64,000 nt of DNA from Balanoglossus misakiensis (GCA_040954595.2 CM082585.2:8325404-8389403); one strand, 5' to 3'. Counted from the stretch's first letter, positions 12,004-24,556 are shown. Notes: generated by a model from the sequence alone, not told the origin. Program-made: numbers and translations.

Positions 12004-12657
12004 CGTTTGTGTTAAACGGGAGAGAAGCTCGAAAATGACGATAGAAAAGAAAGCACAACGCCCGACACTGGATGTAGACTGATCTCACCGGCTTACACAA
12101 CAAAGTAAATGTCAAGCTGGGGGTTCTTAGGCACAGATCTTGATTCAGATTCAGATGTATGAATTTGGTTATCTGATTCAAAATGTGGTAAACTGTGTTG
12201 ATCATGTGTTTTACCCCACAAATCACGAACTGTGGCGAGAGTTCTCGGTGTTTCACACATTTGGCACAATAGTGTTTAATATTACCCTGAACAAGACGGC
12301 ATAGATCTGCGTATTCATCCGAAATCTGAAACAAAATTTGAACCGATTTTACGCAAACTGTAATATCGTAAAATCTCGTCGCATTTCGTTTAAACTTCTA
12401 CGAGACAATGTCCTCTTGCGCACGAAGGTTTTTCATTCGCTAAGAATTTAAGTATTTTGTATCCCTATCAACGTAACATTGAACAAAAGCAAGTTTAATT
12501 TCCCGATCGTGTAAATAAACCACAATTTAAGTAGAAATATTGGTGTGTCTATAGTGACAATATTGCTACCTCGAAAGAGGTAGACTGGTTGTCACCCGCC
12601 AAATTTGATGGGTCAAAGGTTACCGAACATGAGCACACTGAACGTGAAATTTTCAAC
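12004..12657. promoter_or_regulatory. Probable bidirectional promoter shared by ferritin and importin-5
   Basis: Only 654 bp separates the two divergent ATGs (12003 and 12658), and this must also hold both 5' UTRs unless there are distant non-coding exons. Confidence 0.65.
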
Positions 12658-15600
12658 ATGGCGGAACAGGAACAGTTCAACACCTTGTTGAGCACTCTCA
12701 TGTCTCCTGACAATAACGTCAGGAAACAAGCAGAGGTAAGCACACCTTATGCGATGCTCAGTATTGATGGAACGCAACTAGAAATTTGACTACTAAGTCC
12801 GTAGATTTTTACCAGAATGTGGCTTGGCTCTACACATCGCATCGGACCAAGTCGCGTGTTGCAAATGTGTATTGAAAGATGACATGGTGTGAGCTGAACG
12901 TGTTCCCGAGCATTCATCTTATGTTAATTTTATTTAAACATCAAATCCAGCGTTCAGTATGCTTTCCCATTGCCATAGTTTTTGTAGTATGGTTACACAA
13001 CATTTTTGTGAAGTCGGGCCGAGGTGGGCGTGTGACTGTGAGTGCGGTCCGGCCCCTGACTGCAGCCCACGTTTTATGAAGCCGCGTGTGTGTATGGTAT
13101 GCCCCCTCGCCTTATGTCAGTGTTGCTAATTGAGCTCAGCTAGCTCCACGTGTGCGCATTCACACGCTTTCATGAGGGTTGAGATATCACACCAGGGATG
13201 TTAATAAGTGAAGCATATTGAGCAAGTGTACAGTCCTGACGATAGCCTCGAATAAAAGATTGCACAGTCGTTATGTACAGGTTGTCAATTTCTAAAAATC
13301 AATTTCATATAATTATGCAATATGACCCGGGTGACTTAAATATTGGAGAGGACGATTGGTATGTGAATGAATGATTAAGTAGTGTGGTATTCTGGTTATT
13401 GTCCATATTTCATAGTAGTGACAACAGATGGAATGCAAGGCTGATAATTTTTCAAGACATAGAGAGATAGAAAATGTTGTAAGCCAGTAAATGTATATTT
13501 GGTTAATTAAATATGTTTTTGTCATTTTGGAACCCTTCTGTTCATGAGACCATTGGGACATTCCAGTGGAAAAACTATCTCCCTTTCATGGCCACATTTT
13601 GACTTTTAAAGAAAGTCCTGACCTTCAACCGCAGACATTACTTAGTACATTTACCACGTTGAGCTCACACTCACTGTCATTTATTGCATAGACAGTGTTT
13701 TGGGAAATATCGGTAAATGATTTCGGAACTTACACTTCAGGGACATTTCTGCTACCCATTTATATAAACTCCATGATGAATGTTAATTATAGATTATGTC
13801 AATCTGCGAATCAATCTGATACAAAAGTGTACAAAAATTATAAAATCTGTTTTCTTAAATATGATAATGGACCAGGTAAGAAATGTTTTGCCATCAAGCA
13901 CATGTATGCTGGTGAAGCTTAGATCCGTGGGAACAAACCAGATTGGTCTCTTCGATTTTGTATCATATGTGCTACTTAGACTCCGAATTGCGGGAACAAG
14001 ACTGATTTGTCACTTGGAAAAGACTGAAAAAGTCTGCTGTCATATTTGGAGTCGTCTTCAAGGACATGCCTTATAAAGTGTGCCACATTCTGGGTTGAAG
14101 TTGGGTGCTTGAATAACCTGCAGGAGTGCAGTGGAAAGGCTTGTATTGTCAACTCTGTATATTGCACTGTATGTTACTACTGTGTTTCACTTTTTGTTTG
14201 TATACAGGCAACCTATGACAGTCTGCCATTCCAGGACAAGCTGGGATATCTCCTCACTGCTATGAAAAATCAGAATGTACCAGTAGAGGTAAGTTGCGAT
14301 GGAATTGGGTTTTCATTATGTTTTGCAATCAGTGTCAATGAGGTTGGTGTTTATGGGGCTGACAGTGGTATTGATTTTTGGAACATGGCTTATACTGTAA
14401 TAGAAAAAAAGTTTCTGATTTGTCCTTATGATTATGTGTAAATTTTTGCATTGACTTTCAGGCTCGTCAAATGGCAGCGGTTCTCGTCAGGAGACTGGTC
14501 GGAGCGTCTTTTGAGGAGTTTTACCCGACAATGCCACCGGAGATGCAGAATGGCTGCAAACAGGAACTGTTGGCCGGCATACAGCAGGAGCAGATTCCAC
14601 TTGTCAGGAGGAAAATATGCGATGCTGTCTCTGAGCTGGCCAGAAATTTAGTCGGTGAGTGCTGCCCCCCAGGGCAACTATTATTTGTCTTGATTTATGT
14701 GTTGGTATGTGATGCTGTAAAAGTGTAGGTCTTGTCTGATGAATAAAGTGTAGATTTTTCTGACAGTTTTATGGACTGGTATTCTCATTACTCGCCATTG
14801 CAGAACACCCATAAGTTAGGGTCAGAGCACAAGTTTGTCATGGGTCAGAACACAAGTTTGTCATGGGTCAGAGCACAAGTTTGTAACGTGTTACTGTAAG
14901 AGCTCATTATCTTTACCTTTTCACTTCATTTTGCTGTAGATGATGATGGAAACAACCACTGGCCTGAAGTGCTCAAGTTCCTGTTTGAGTGTGCCACATC
15001 TCAAGATTCGGGCTTGAAAGAGTCAGCCCTTCATATTTTCTAGTAAGTCACACATCATCATCACTGTAGAGGGAAGATTGAACAGTTGAATTGCCCCTAG
15101 CTTTTTAATAAAACAATGATTAATGTTTAGTAGCGGGCTGAGGTTTTGTTAGCTGTACTTCTAAGTCAGACTTCTTGCTGGTCTCTTTTCAGTAATTTCC
15201 CCGGTATCTTTGCCAGTCAGCAAACACATTACTTCGATGTCATCAAACAGATGTTGTCACAGTGTCTGGGAGACCAGACAAGTGCGCAGGTAAGCGTGTT
15301 GAACTAGCCAGGTGCGCTGATTACAACATAGAAGGCACTGTCCAAAGGTTCATCTTCACCAATTCCCCACATAATGATATTGTTTAATCCCTTGCCCGTA
15401 GTGTCATACGCTCATGTGTAATGAGGTGATGTGAATTTCTTTCAGGTCAGGATCTATGCTGGTAAAGCCACCATAGCGTTTGTGTTGTCAAACGAGCGAG
15501 ACTCTACCATGAACAAACTCTTCCTGGAGTTATTGCCATCCATCTTACAGGTAAGAAGAATCCCCTGAACTCGCTGTACCCGAAAACACACCAAGTCTTG

Positions 15601-18600
15601 TTACCTCGTGTTTGGTTTCAGGAAACTTAAAAGAGTTTAATAATGACTGCTCTTGCTTTGTATAGGCTGTGGCTGACAGTGTGACGTTACAAGATGATGA
15701 CTCTTTGCTGAAGTCTCTGATTGAACTGGTGGAAACGCATCCCAAATTGTTGCGAGGACAACTGGAGAATGTCATTGCACTTTCTTTGAAGGTGGGTTGT
15801 TGTTATTGTCGTCTGAAACTACCGTGCCAAGAAAACAATAGGTTTGTACTATAGCAACTTTTCAGTTGTTATTATAGCCTTTGAAGGTAACTTTATCTTT
15901 CCATTTCTTTTCTCCAGATAACAGCAGATACTAATTTAACAGATAACTGGAGGCAGTTAGGTCTTGAGGTTATCGTCACAATGTCTGAGACTGCCCCGGC
16001 GATGCTACGAAAACAGGCAGCTAAGTTTGTACCTATGATAGGTAAGTAGTCAGTGTGGTACAGAAGAATTAGTGCTGGACACTAGTGTCTGCATAATCTC
16101 TGGATTTTAGTATTTCTGGAAAGTCCTAGAAAATTAAATTATTGAATTTAAATTCTGGACATTGTAGTTATTCCCACAGTTCATTGGTCTACAAATGATC
16201 TGCTCACCCATGATTGTGAATCTGTATTTTAGTTCCACAGATGCTGTCGATGATGGTGGATCTGGAAGACGACCCAGATTGGTCGACCAGCGACGAAGTC
16301 GACGATGACGACAACGACAGCAATGCCATCGCTGGAGAGAGCGCCCTGGACAGGTTTGCCTGTGGCATCGGGGGAAAGACAATCCTCCCCCACATCATTG
16401 CGAATATCCCCCAGATGTTGCAGAATCGTAAGTGACCCCCCTGGTCTGTTATCTTCTGTGTGTGTGAACTTCTAGTGTTTGATTTGTGTTGTAAAAATAT
16501 TGTCTCCCCCCCACCACCAACACCACTGATGTAAATCAGCTCAGTGTAAAGCCCAGTTACAAGTTGCCAAAAATATTTCATCTGTTGTACAGCTGACTGG
16601 AGGTACAGACATGCGGCATTGATGGCAATCTCGGCGGTCGGAGAAGGTTGTCACAAATACATGGAATCTGTTCTACCTAGCATTGTAGAAGCCGTGCTTC
16701 CATTCATCCAAGATTCGGTCAGTACTCTTAATCTTTAATTTGTGTTACATCAGAAATTTCACCACAGAATAATTGTATATGCATGCATGTATATATATGC
16801 AAATCTGACAAAATTGTTTGAAAGAGTAAACGCAACTGATCATATTTTCTGTACCCATTTCCACAGCACCCACGAGTGCGGTATGCAGCTTGCAATGCGT
16901 TTGGTCAGATGGCCACCGACTTTGCGCCAAACTTTGAAAAGAAATTTCACAACAAGGTAAGATATGCAAGTGTGAAGCGAAGAAATTTTGGTCAAATAAT
17001 TTCTCTATAATAAGAGGTGTTTTTTCTCCATATTTTGAAAAAAAAAATGTAATATCTGAGATAGAGCTCTAATAAATTGATTTGTTATCCCTGCAGGTTG
17101 TGCCAGGGTTGATGCTGGCACTAGACGACCATGCTAATCCCAGGGTACAGGCGCATGCTGGCGCGGCCTTGGTCAACTTCAGTGAAGACTGCCCCAAGAC
17201 ATTGCTGGTGCCGTATCTGGATGCCATGCTGGCCAAGCTGGAGTCGATCATCTCAGCCAAGCTGCAAGAGGTAAGAGACCTGTCATGAGTCGTGGAGTTC
17301 AAGTGTCATCATCTTGAAAATGCTACTGAGAAAATGCTGTTAGAATTTTTTTTAAAGCCCCTACAGAAGTGTGTGAATTCTTTGAAGGCATAACTTATTT
17401 GATATTCAAAATGGCTGCTCAGCTCTGTCCATGAGTATAAAGTACTAAAGTCTTGAAAACAATATGGCTCAAAATGTTACTGAGTTGATTGTGCTTACAA
17501 GCTTGATGATTACAAGGGATAGAATGCTTAAAGAGACAAAGATTCTGTTTTACTGATAATTCTGTTTTTCCCTAGTTGGTTGAGCGAGGTAACAAGTTGG
17601 TATTGGAACAGATGGTCACAACGTTGGCGGCCATTGCAGACACAGCCGAGGAGAAGTTCATCGTCTTTTACGACCGCTTCATGCCAAACTTGAAGTTCAT
17701 CATGCAGAACGCCGTCAGCAAAGAGTTGCGATTACTCCGTGGCAAGACCATTGAGTGTATCAGTTTGATCGGACTTGCAGTGGGCACTGAAAAGGTAGGG
17801 GGAGATTTCATAATGTCAAAGGTTTGATTGCTGAGAATTTATACAGAACTTAAGATATTATTTCTCTGCTATTCTTGAGCGCAACATTTGATGTTTGTAT
17901 TGCTGAAAGAAGTGGAAACATGACTGCAAATCATAATTAAAAAATGAACCCCATATTGCTCGATTGTGGCCATTATTGCAATTCTTAATTTTGTGATTTT
18001 GAAGTTCCGTCAAGATGCGAACGACGTCATGCAGCTGCTCCTCAAGGCTCAGACGGACGCCAACGAGATGGATGATGATGATCCCCAGATCTCGTTCATG
18101 ATCTCCGCCTGGGCCAGGATGTGTAAACTACTGGGCAAAGACTTCCAGGCTTATTTGCCGGTCGTCATGGGTCCGCTTCTGAAGACCGCAGCCATCAAAC
18201 CAGAAGTTGCCGTTGTTGATAGTAAGTGTTGTCATGACTACAGTGTGTTGTGTGTGTTAACAGAATCATTTGTCATTGCTTGAGGTTTCTTGTGTGCCAT
18301 GTATCATAACCATCTCCTGTCTTCCCACAGCTGAAGATGCCAAGCAGATAAGTGAAGATGAAGGCTGGCAGTTTGTCAATTTAGGAGATCAGGTACTACA
18401 GACAGCATTCGTATTGCAGACAGATCAAAGTGATAATTTTCATATTGATGCACTGTGGCAGATGTAAACTTCTCCATGTAAAATATTTTATACTCTGTTT
18501 TTCTGCAGTGGGTCTTGCCTAGTATGATCATGTTTTTAAGAGTTATCAACCATGTCTGTTAACACGTCTTTCTCTTCTTTCTATAGCAAAGTTTTGGCAT

Positions 18601-21600
18601 CAAGACGTCAGGTCTGGAGGACAAGAGCACAGCGTGTCAGATGTTGGTGTGCTACGCGAGGGAGTTGAAGGAAGCATTTGCAGATTACACAGAACAGGTG
18701 GCCAGCCTGATGGTGCCGTTGTTAAAATTCTACTTCCATGATGATATCCTTTATAATCAGATAATGATGGACATCTTTTCATTGATTTTATTGTTTGATT
18801 ATTAGACACTGTGATACAAGTTTGATATATTGGCCCTGATAATGATGAACACATTTTCATTGATTTTTCTTGTTTGATTATTAAGACACTGTGATATATC
18901 ATATATTGGCCCTGTTTCGTGAAGTTGGCCTACCTCTGGAGTTAATAAGACCAATCGGGCTTTCATGCATTGTCATAACTTGGAGATAACTTCATGGCGT
19001 TTAATACTTCCTTGACCCACGACGTTACTGGTGAGATTATCAGCGGCAGAGTCATTACCGTATTTATTAGAATGTGCCAAGATTAAAGGGGACGACTATT
19101 TAAAACAGATGTGGAAATTCATGGCGCCGGATTTACTCAAAGCAATACAGACAGAGCCTGAAAATGACGTGCTGATCCAACAGATGGATTCATTTGCAAA
19201 GGTCAGTACATGTACTGTAAAACACTTTATTTTCGCGAGTCAAAATTTTCGCGATATCGATAGAGGCCACTGTTTCGCGAGTATTAATTTTCGCGTTCCC
19301 TTATCTCATTCACTGCATCGTTATCTTCAAAAACAATTTACGCTACTTTTTATTTTCACGCTATTTTCGCTCTCGCGTATTTGGCGAAAATTAATTGCTC
19401 ACGAAAATAAAGTGTTTTACAGTACTTGCATGTCACAGGCTACGATGGTGAACCAGAATGATAGTGTAAAAGAGGTCACATTCATGATTCAAGGACTACC
19501 GTTTTTTGAGAGTTTTTCACCAGTCTGATGGATACATTCCAAGTGAAGTATGAAGATGTAAGGCCATGTGTGGGGGGTCAAGAAAATGGCCTATTCCCTC
19601 AGTTGGAGACTGTGTGCCCTGGTTAACTTCTGACTTGTGGGATGTTGTCTGATTCCAGTGCGTGGAGTTTCTGGGCAAGGGATGTCTGGATGAGAGTCAG
19701 CTGACCAGCTTGGCCAAGATATTGGGCGACACGCTTGACCAGCATTTCAAGAGATACGCTGATAGGCAAGGTGAGGGGAAAACACTGGATTTATTCTCAA
19801 CTGTTGAAAGATGCTTTTTCTGCTTCCCTGACTACTCTGTGTGTCTGGATTGATACTGAGCGTGTTTCCATCTAATTTTGTCTGTACACAGAGCAACGGA
19901 AAGACGAAGACTACGATGAAGTTGTTGAAGAAAATTTACAAGACGAGGTAAACATCCACCTGGATTTTTTGTTGCTCATAATGAAGAATTTCTGTTTGTA
20001 GTGGTTACAGCCTGCATCTTGTCATGCGCATACTCAATTATGCATCTGAACACTACTGCTGAGGGGGCACAGCAAAATGTACTTACACTTCATTTTATTC
20101 CTTGCAGGATGACGATGATGTGTATACTTTAAGTAAAGTAGCTGACGTCATGCATGCATTGTTAGGAACTCACAACCAAGACATCCTGCCATTCTTTGAA
20201 CAGCTGTTACCACATTTTGTCAGATTGTTGGTAAGTTCCAAGCTCCAGTAGCTGTTACTTTTAACTCTTATTTTGTTCAGTGTAACAAGAGTAACAACTT
20301 TTTACAAGCACTGCATTCATCTCTCATAGTTCTGTTCTCATGACTAATATTTTTTATTTGGTCATATATAGGCTCCAGACAGACCCTGGTCAGATCACCA
20401 ATGGTCACTCTGTATATTTGACGATCTTCTTGAGTATTGTGGTCCGGTAAGTTAGCCAGCGTTGTCATAAAAATACCAAACACTTTTTCCAATATTAAAA
20501 AAACTTGAGACTTCTTGCCTTAGACTCAGTTGTTTGCAATGTTGTGTGTCCCCTTTCACATACCTAAATTTGATCAAACTGTAATTGTATTTGTTAATGC
20601 GGTTGATTCAATGTACAGGCAAGTGGGTAGGACTGGGATGAGAGAATTCAATCTTTTAGAAAATTCTTGATAATTACCTATTTTGATTTTTTTAGGGAGC
20701 GTTTAAGTATCAGGATTATTTTCTGAGGCCAATGTTGGAATTTGTGTGCGATAAAAGCGCAGAAGTCAGACAGGCGGCGGCCTATGGTTGCGGTGTGATG
20801 GGAATGTTTGGCGGGAAAGAGTTTGCACCGGCCTGCTTAGGTAAGTAAGGAAGAACCTGTTTTCCTGGTGTATGTAGCTTCTAAGCCAATGGAAAATGCA
20901 AAATTTTGTTCCTTAGATCATGATTTTCAGTAAATTTGTATCTTGTGTCCCTGCCAACCCACAGAGGCAATCACCTTCCTCACCAAAATGATCCAAGACC
21001 CGGAGTCGCGGGAAATAGAGAACATCAACGCCACCGAAAACGCTATTTCAGCCGTCACCAAAATTATGAAAAACAACCAGGGGAACATCAACGTGGATGA
21101 GATCCTATCGCACTGGTTTCTATGGTTACCTGTCACGGAAGACAAGGAGGAGTGTGTTCATATTTACAATTATTTTTGTGATCTTATTGAAGAGTAAGTA
21201 GAAGTTTTCATCAGCAGGTGCATGAATGCTAAGAGAGTAGACCTTCTGAATTGCTTCACAACGCCCTTGTCCGTTCTCTGATTGAAATAAACAGCAATAT
21301 ATACTATGAGCTTTTCTGCCTGTTCGAGATTGCAGCATCAAGATCTTTAATGGGTTTTACTCTGTTTACAGGAATAACATTCATATTCTCGGCGCAAACA
21401 ATTCAAACATTGGGCGAATTCTGGCAATCATAGCTGACGTGTTTTCAAAGGATGCAACGTGTGACGACTTGGCATTGACACAGAGATTGATCAACATCAT
21501 CAGACAGATACAGGTAGGAGAATGCAATGAACTTGAAATCTTTTGAACTTTTCATTTTCTGTCTGTAGTAACGCGAAGCATAGTTTGCGTTGTTCTGCCA

Positions 21601-21737
21601 TCTGGAGTCAGCTTTATACATATCTTTCTTCTTTTTTTATTCCTCAGGGAAGTGGTGATGTGTGGAATGTCTGCCTGATGCAGCTCTCGGACGATCAGAA
21701 GCAGGCCCTAGCAACTGCCTTACAGATGAGCCAGTGA
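12658..21737 (+). CDS. IPO5: Importin-5 (karyopherin beta-3/RanBP5), 25 coding exons, 1096 aa
   Basis: Exons 12658-12735, 14208-14288, 14462-14654, 14940-15042, 15193-15289, 15446-15550, 15666-15791, 15918-16041, 16233-16427, 16593-16717, 16867-16956, 17097-17270, 17576-17794, 18005-18221, 18331-18392, 18587-18743, 19029-19201, 19659-19770, 19892-19947, 20108-20230, 20372-20446, 20696-20840, 20965-21193, 21372-21513, 21648-21737. Phases are consistent (3291 nt). Hallmark IPO5 peptides: [78 protein letters not shown]. Confidence 0.97.
14819..14884. repeat. 23-bp tandem repeat x3 (GGGTCAGARCACAAGTTTGTCAT) in IPO5 intron 3
   Basis: Three near-identical units visible directly; the third is slightly truncated. 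Confidence 0.9.
18744..19028 (+). other. U12-type (minor spliceosome) AT-AC intron in IPO5
   Basis: 5' end ATATCCTTT (18744), branch site TTCCTTGAC (19008-19016), 3' end ..TAC (19028). Removal gives in-frame [17 protein letters not shown], matching the IPO5 family sequence. Confidence 0.93.
19215..19422. mobile_element. MITE with TA target-site duplication (Tc1/mariner-like), ~208 bp, in IPO5 intron 17
   Basis: TIR CTGTAAAACACTTTATTTTCG(C/T)GAG at both ends (21 bp perfect, 24/25 overall), flanked by TA on each side. Confidence 0.85.
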
Positions 21738-22548
21738 ACACTTACCCCAGTGGCCCTTTGAACTTTGAACCCAACCTGTTGAACACAAGGCCCCAGCAAT
21801 CCCAAGGGCTGGACCTTCAGGTGTTTTTTTGGCTTTGAGTAAGCCAGTGGTTAGAGACATTTCACATAGACTGTAGTCAGAAGTCTTACCTCATTCGCAG
21901 CATGCAATCTTACATGTATAATTTTGTGCCTACAATCCGGAAAATACAACCCTCTCCACCTTAGATTTTTAACATTCCCTCTTTGTAATAAAATCAGATA
22001 AAGGCATTATGAATTGTAGAGGTCAGTGTACTTTAGCAGGACCAGAGGGATGACTTAATTTTTTTTATGGTAAATATTTGTGACACTTTTGATGTGATGA
22101 GCGTTCAAATCATTAACGTCTTGCAATTTTATTTTCTTAACTTGCCATCCCATCAATCTAAAATTTGCATAAACTTCAGGACATTTACATTGAGCTTGTT
22201 TTTTTTTCATTTTGCCTTTTTTTTACATTTATCCTTTTCTTCCCCCTTTCGTTGTGCAAAGATCTGGTCTGAGTATTCTAAGGGGTAGGGTTGTACCAAT
22301 ATGCGACTAGGAGGGGGGTTTGTTGCTTGTGGATACAGACTGACAATTTATTGTATTCACAATTTATTCGTAATGATGAACTGAAAAGCTGCTCATTTTT
22401 ACAGGTCTGTTTTTTATGTATATTTTCCAACGCTATTTCCACACCAGAAGGTGACCAGAACACCCACCTTGTTGGCCTTTGAATGCTGCAATGAAATCCC
22501 TCATGAGGTCATAACTTCCATTCCCTGACCCCCCCCCCCCCCACTTAA

Positions 22549-22635
22549 CCCTTTCATCACCATGGTTCGGTCCAAACCCATTCTTTTCTACAGCAAGGTG
22601 TTGGACCTCTGAAGAGGGAACTGGGGGTGAAAGGG
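22549..22635. mobile_element. Tiny piggyBac-like non-autonomous element (87 bp), probably in the IPO5 3' UTR
   Basis: TTAA|CCCTTTCATCACCA ... TGGGGGTGAAAGGG|TGAA. CCC/GGG termini, 12/14 TIR match, TTAA on the left and a one-mismatch TGAA on the right. Confidence 0.6.
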
Positions 22636-23062
22636 TGAAAAACCATGCATGTAGTGTAATCTTTTTAAAAGCCAGAAAAGAATCAAAGCATGCGGTGAGG
22701 GAGGTCTCTCAGTTCAGCTCGAAACCATGCTCCATGCATCTGTGTACTGTGTCATGGTCCAAAAACAAACCCAGAATCTTTAAGTGCATCTCCTGTACCA
22801 TTTATATGACAATTTATGACCCTCCATAAAGTGAATTAAATTGAATCCTGTTACTAAAATGAATGTCCCACTAAATAGAATTAAATTAAATCCAGTATTT
22901 CAGTGTAATATTCCACTTGTTAACATTGTAGCAAGAATTTTTGGCGTTTTCAGCGGCAGTCCAGAGTTTCCACTGCAGCTCATTGAGTATGTAGACAAAT
23001 TGAAGTTTGTAGATAAAGAAAGCTAATCATGCAATTTGTAATATTTTCAAGGAAAAAAACTG

Positions 23063-23068
23063 AATAAA
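23063..23068 (+). terminator. Candidate polyadenylation signal for IPO5
   Basis: AATAAA followed by GT/T-rich sequence (tgatttgtctatgtg). An earlier AATAAA lies near 21987, so the site actually used is uncertain. Confidence 0.4.
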
Positions 23069-24556
23069 AGGCCGTCTTATAGTGATAATCATGAGATGCT
23101 TGATTTGTCTATGTGAGGAGTGTACAGGTGCGTGGTGGTATTTGTTGTGAACGCTGTGCCAATGCAGTGTGTGAGATTAAAGTTTTGACAAGACCACTTC
23201 TGTATAATTTCAGTGTTTGATGACTACTGAAGCTGATCAAAGTCATGCCCTTGTCCTCGAAAGGGTGTCATCCAGACGAAAGAAACCTTGTTTCCGGGAC
23301 TGGCGACGTCGTGGCTGCCAACTTTGCCACATCATGCATAGTATTTCGCAATTTTGTCGAAACATTGCTACACATGCCAACTGTTTTCGTACATGCACGT
23401 GTCATGAATATTCATTTAAAAAACTCTTGGAGCAACCACAGTCTACTTCCACAAGGGGTATCTCCATGCGAGAACAGACAGTCGCTGTATCTGTCGGCCT
23501 CTTGTATTTCACAATTTGATGCAGGAGTCAAGTGTGCAGAAGATGTAGTCGCAACGACTGTGGCGAGACTGGTCTTGAGGTTAAGAAGGTGACGTGAAGA
23601 GAAATGCCCCTATGGTAAATCGTCGTACCATCCCTGGCTGAAAATGGAACGCTCCCTTGCCAGCCAAACTCCTCCACGTGGTCTTTGGTTGGCGTGGGTA
23701 GACAAGTGCAGACGTGGGATCAAGCCTGGGAAGATGGATGTGTTTTTCTCGGAGTGCGCGGATCGAGAGTCATAGTCGTTATTGCAGGACTTGTAGTTGG
23801 TTTAGACAAGTTTTAGAGTAGTATCAAGCTCCATCCTGGAGTCATATAGCCAGTACAAGAGTTTTAGTCAGTTTAAACGCATGAGTTTACATCAGTATTC
23901 AAATCCAAGTCGCGGAGTTTTTTTTGACAGTACGTAGTACAAGTAGACTTGTTTAGATGACTTTATACAGCAGTATTCAAGCTCGTTTGGAATCAGGGTT
24001 GCCGGCACAAGGAAATCTGGTTGGTTTGGACGATTTCACAGGAGTCTTCAAGCATAGGAGAGGGAGGTCAGTACTGGTTAAGACGCGTTGGCCGCGCTTG
24101 CCAACAGTCTTGGTGCGATTGCGAAACTGGAGTGTGGAAGACTTGGAAAAAAAATACCAAGTGAACAGACAAAATTGGCAGAGACGCCTGATTGTTATTC
24201 CGAGAGCTGCAAACTTTGCGAACGTAGCGTGGAGGTAGCGGCGTTGATGCTCATGCGCGGCGTGCGTGGTGCGCATCAAATTGAAAGACTTTCCATGCGT
24301 TTTTTTGGCGCCAATTTGTTTGTTGACCACGTGGGTAAAAACTGTCGTTTACAGTTTTGACCCGGCCACCTCCGTCGAGTCCGTGTGCGCTTTTTTGAAC
24401 TTTCTGTCTTTTCGAGCTTCAAAATTTGATTTTAAATGATCAACCTCACATTTGTGACTGGTCACGTCATCATAAAAAACAGCGACGCGCGCGCGACCCA
24501 CACTCCAGGAGCGTTTATTGTGTAGGAACAGCGCGCGCAAAAACTCGCGATTTTCT

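Noticed and set aside
12055-12080. Iron-responsive element in the ferritin 5' UTR (CAGUGU loop)
   Set aside because: The loop hexamer is present, but the upper stem has three mismatches and there is no bulged C at -6. A second CAGTGT near 12635-12640 also fails to pair.
14819-14884. CRISPR-like short repeats
   Set aside because: Head-to-tail tandem units without spacers, in an animal intron, with no cas genes.
21751-21771. Tandem DR1-like half-sites after the IPO5 stop (also near 54250)
   Set aside because: TGACC/TGAAC-TTTG-type motifs recur throughout the window, with no positional support for function.
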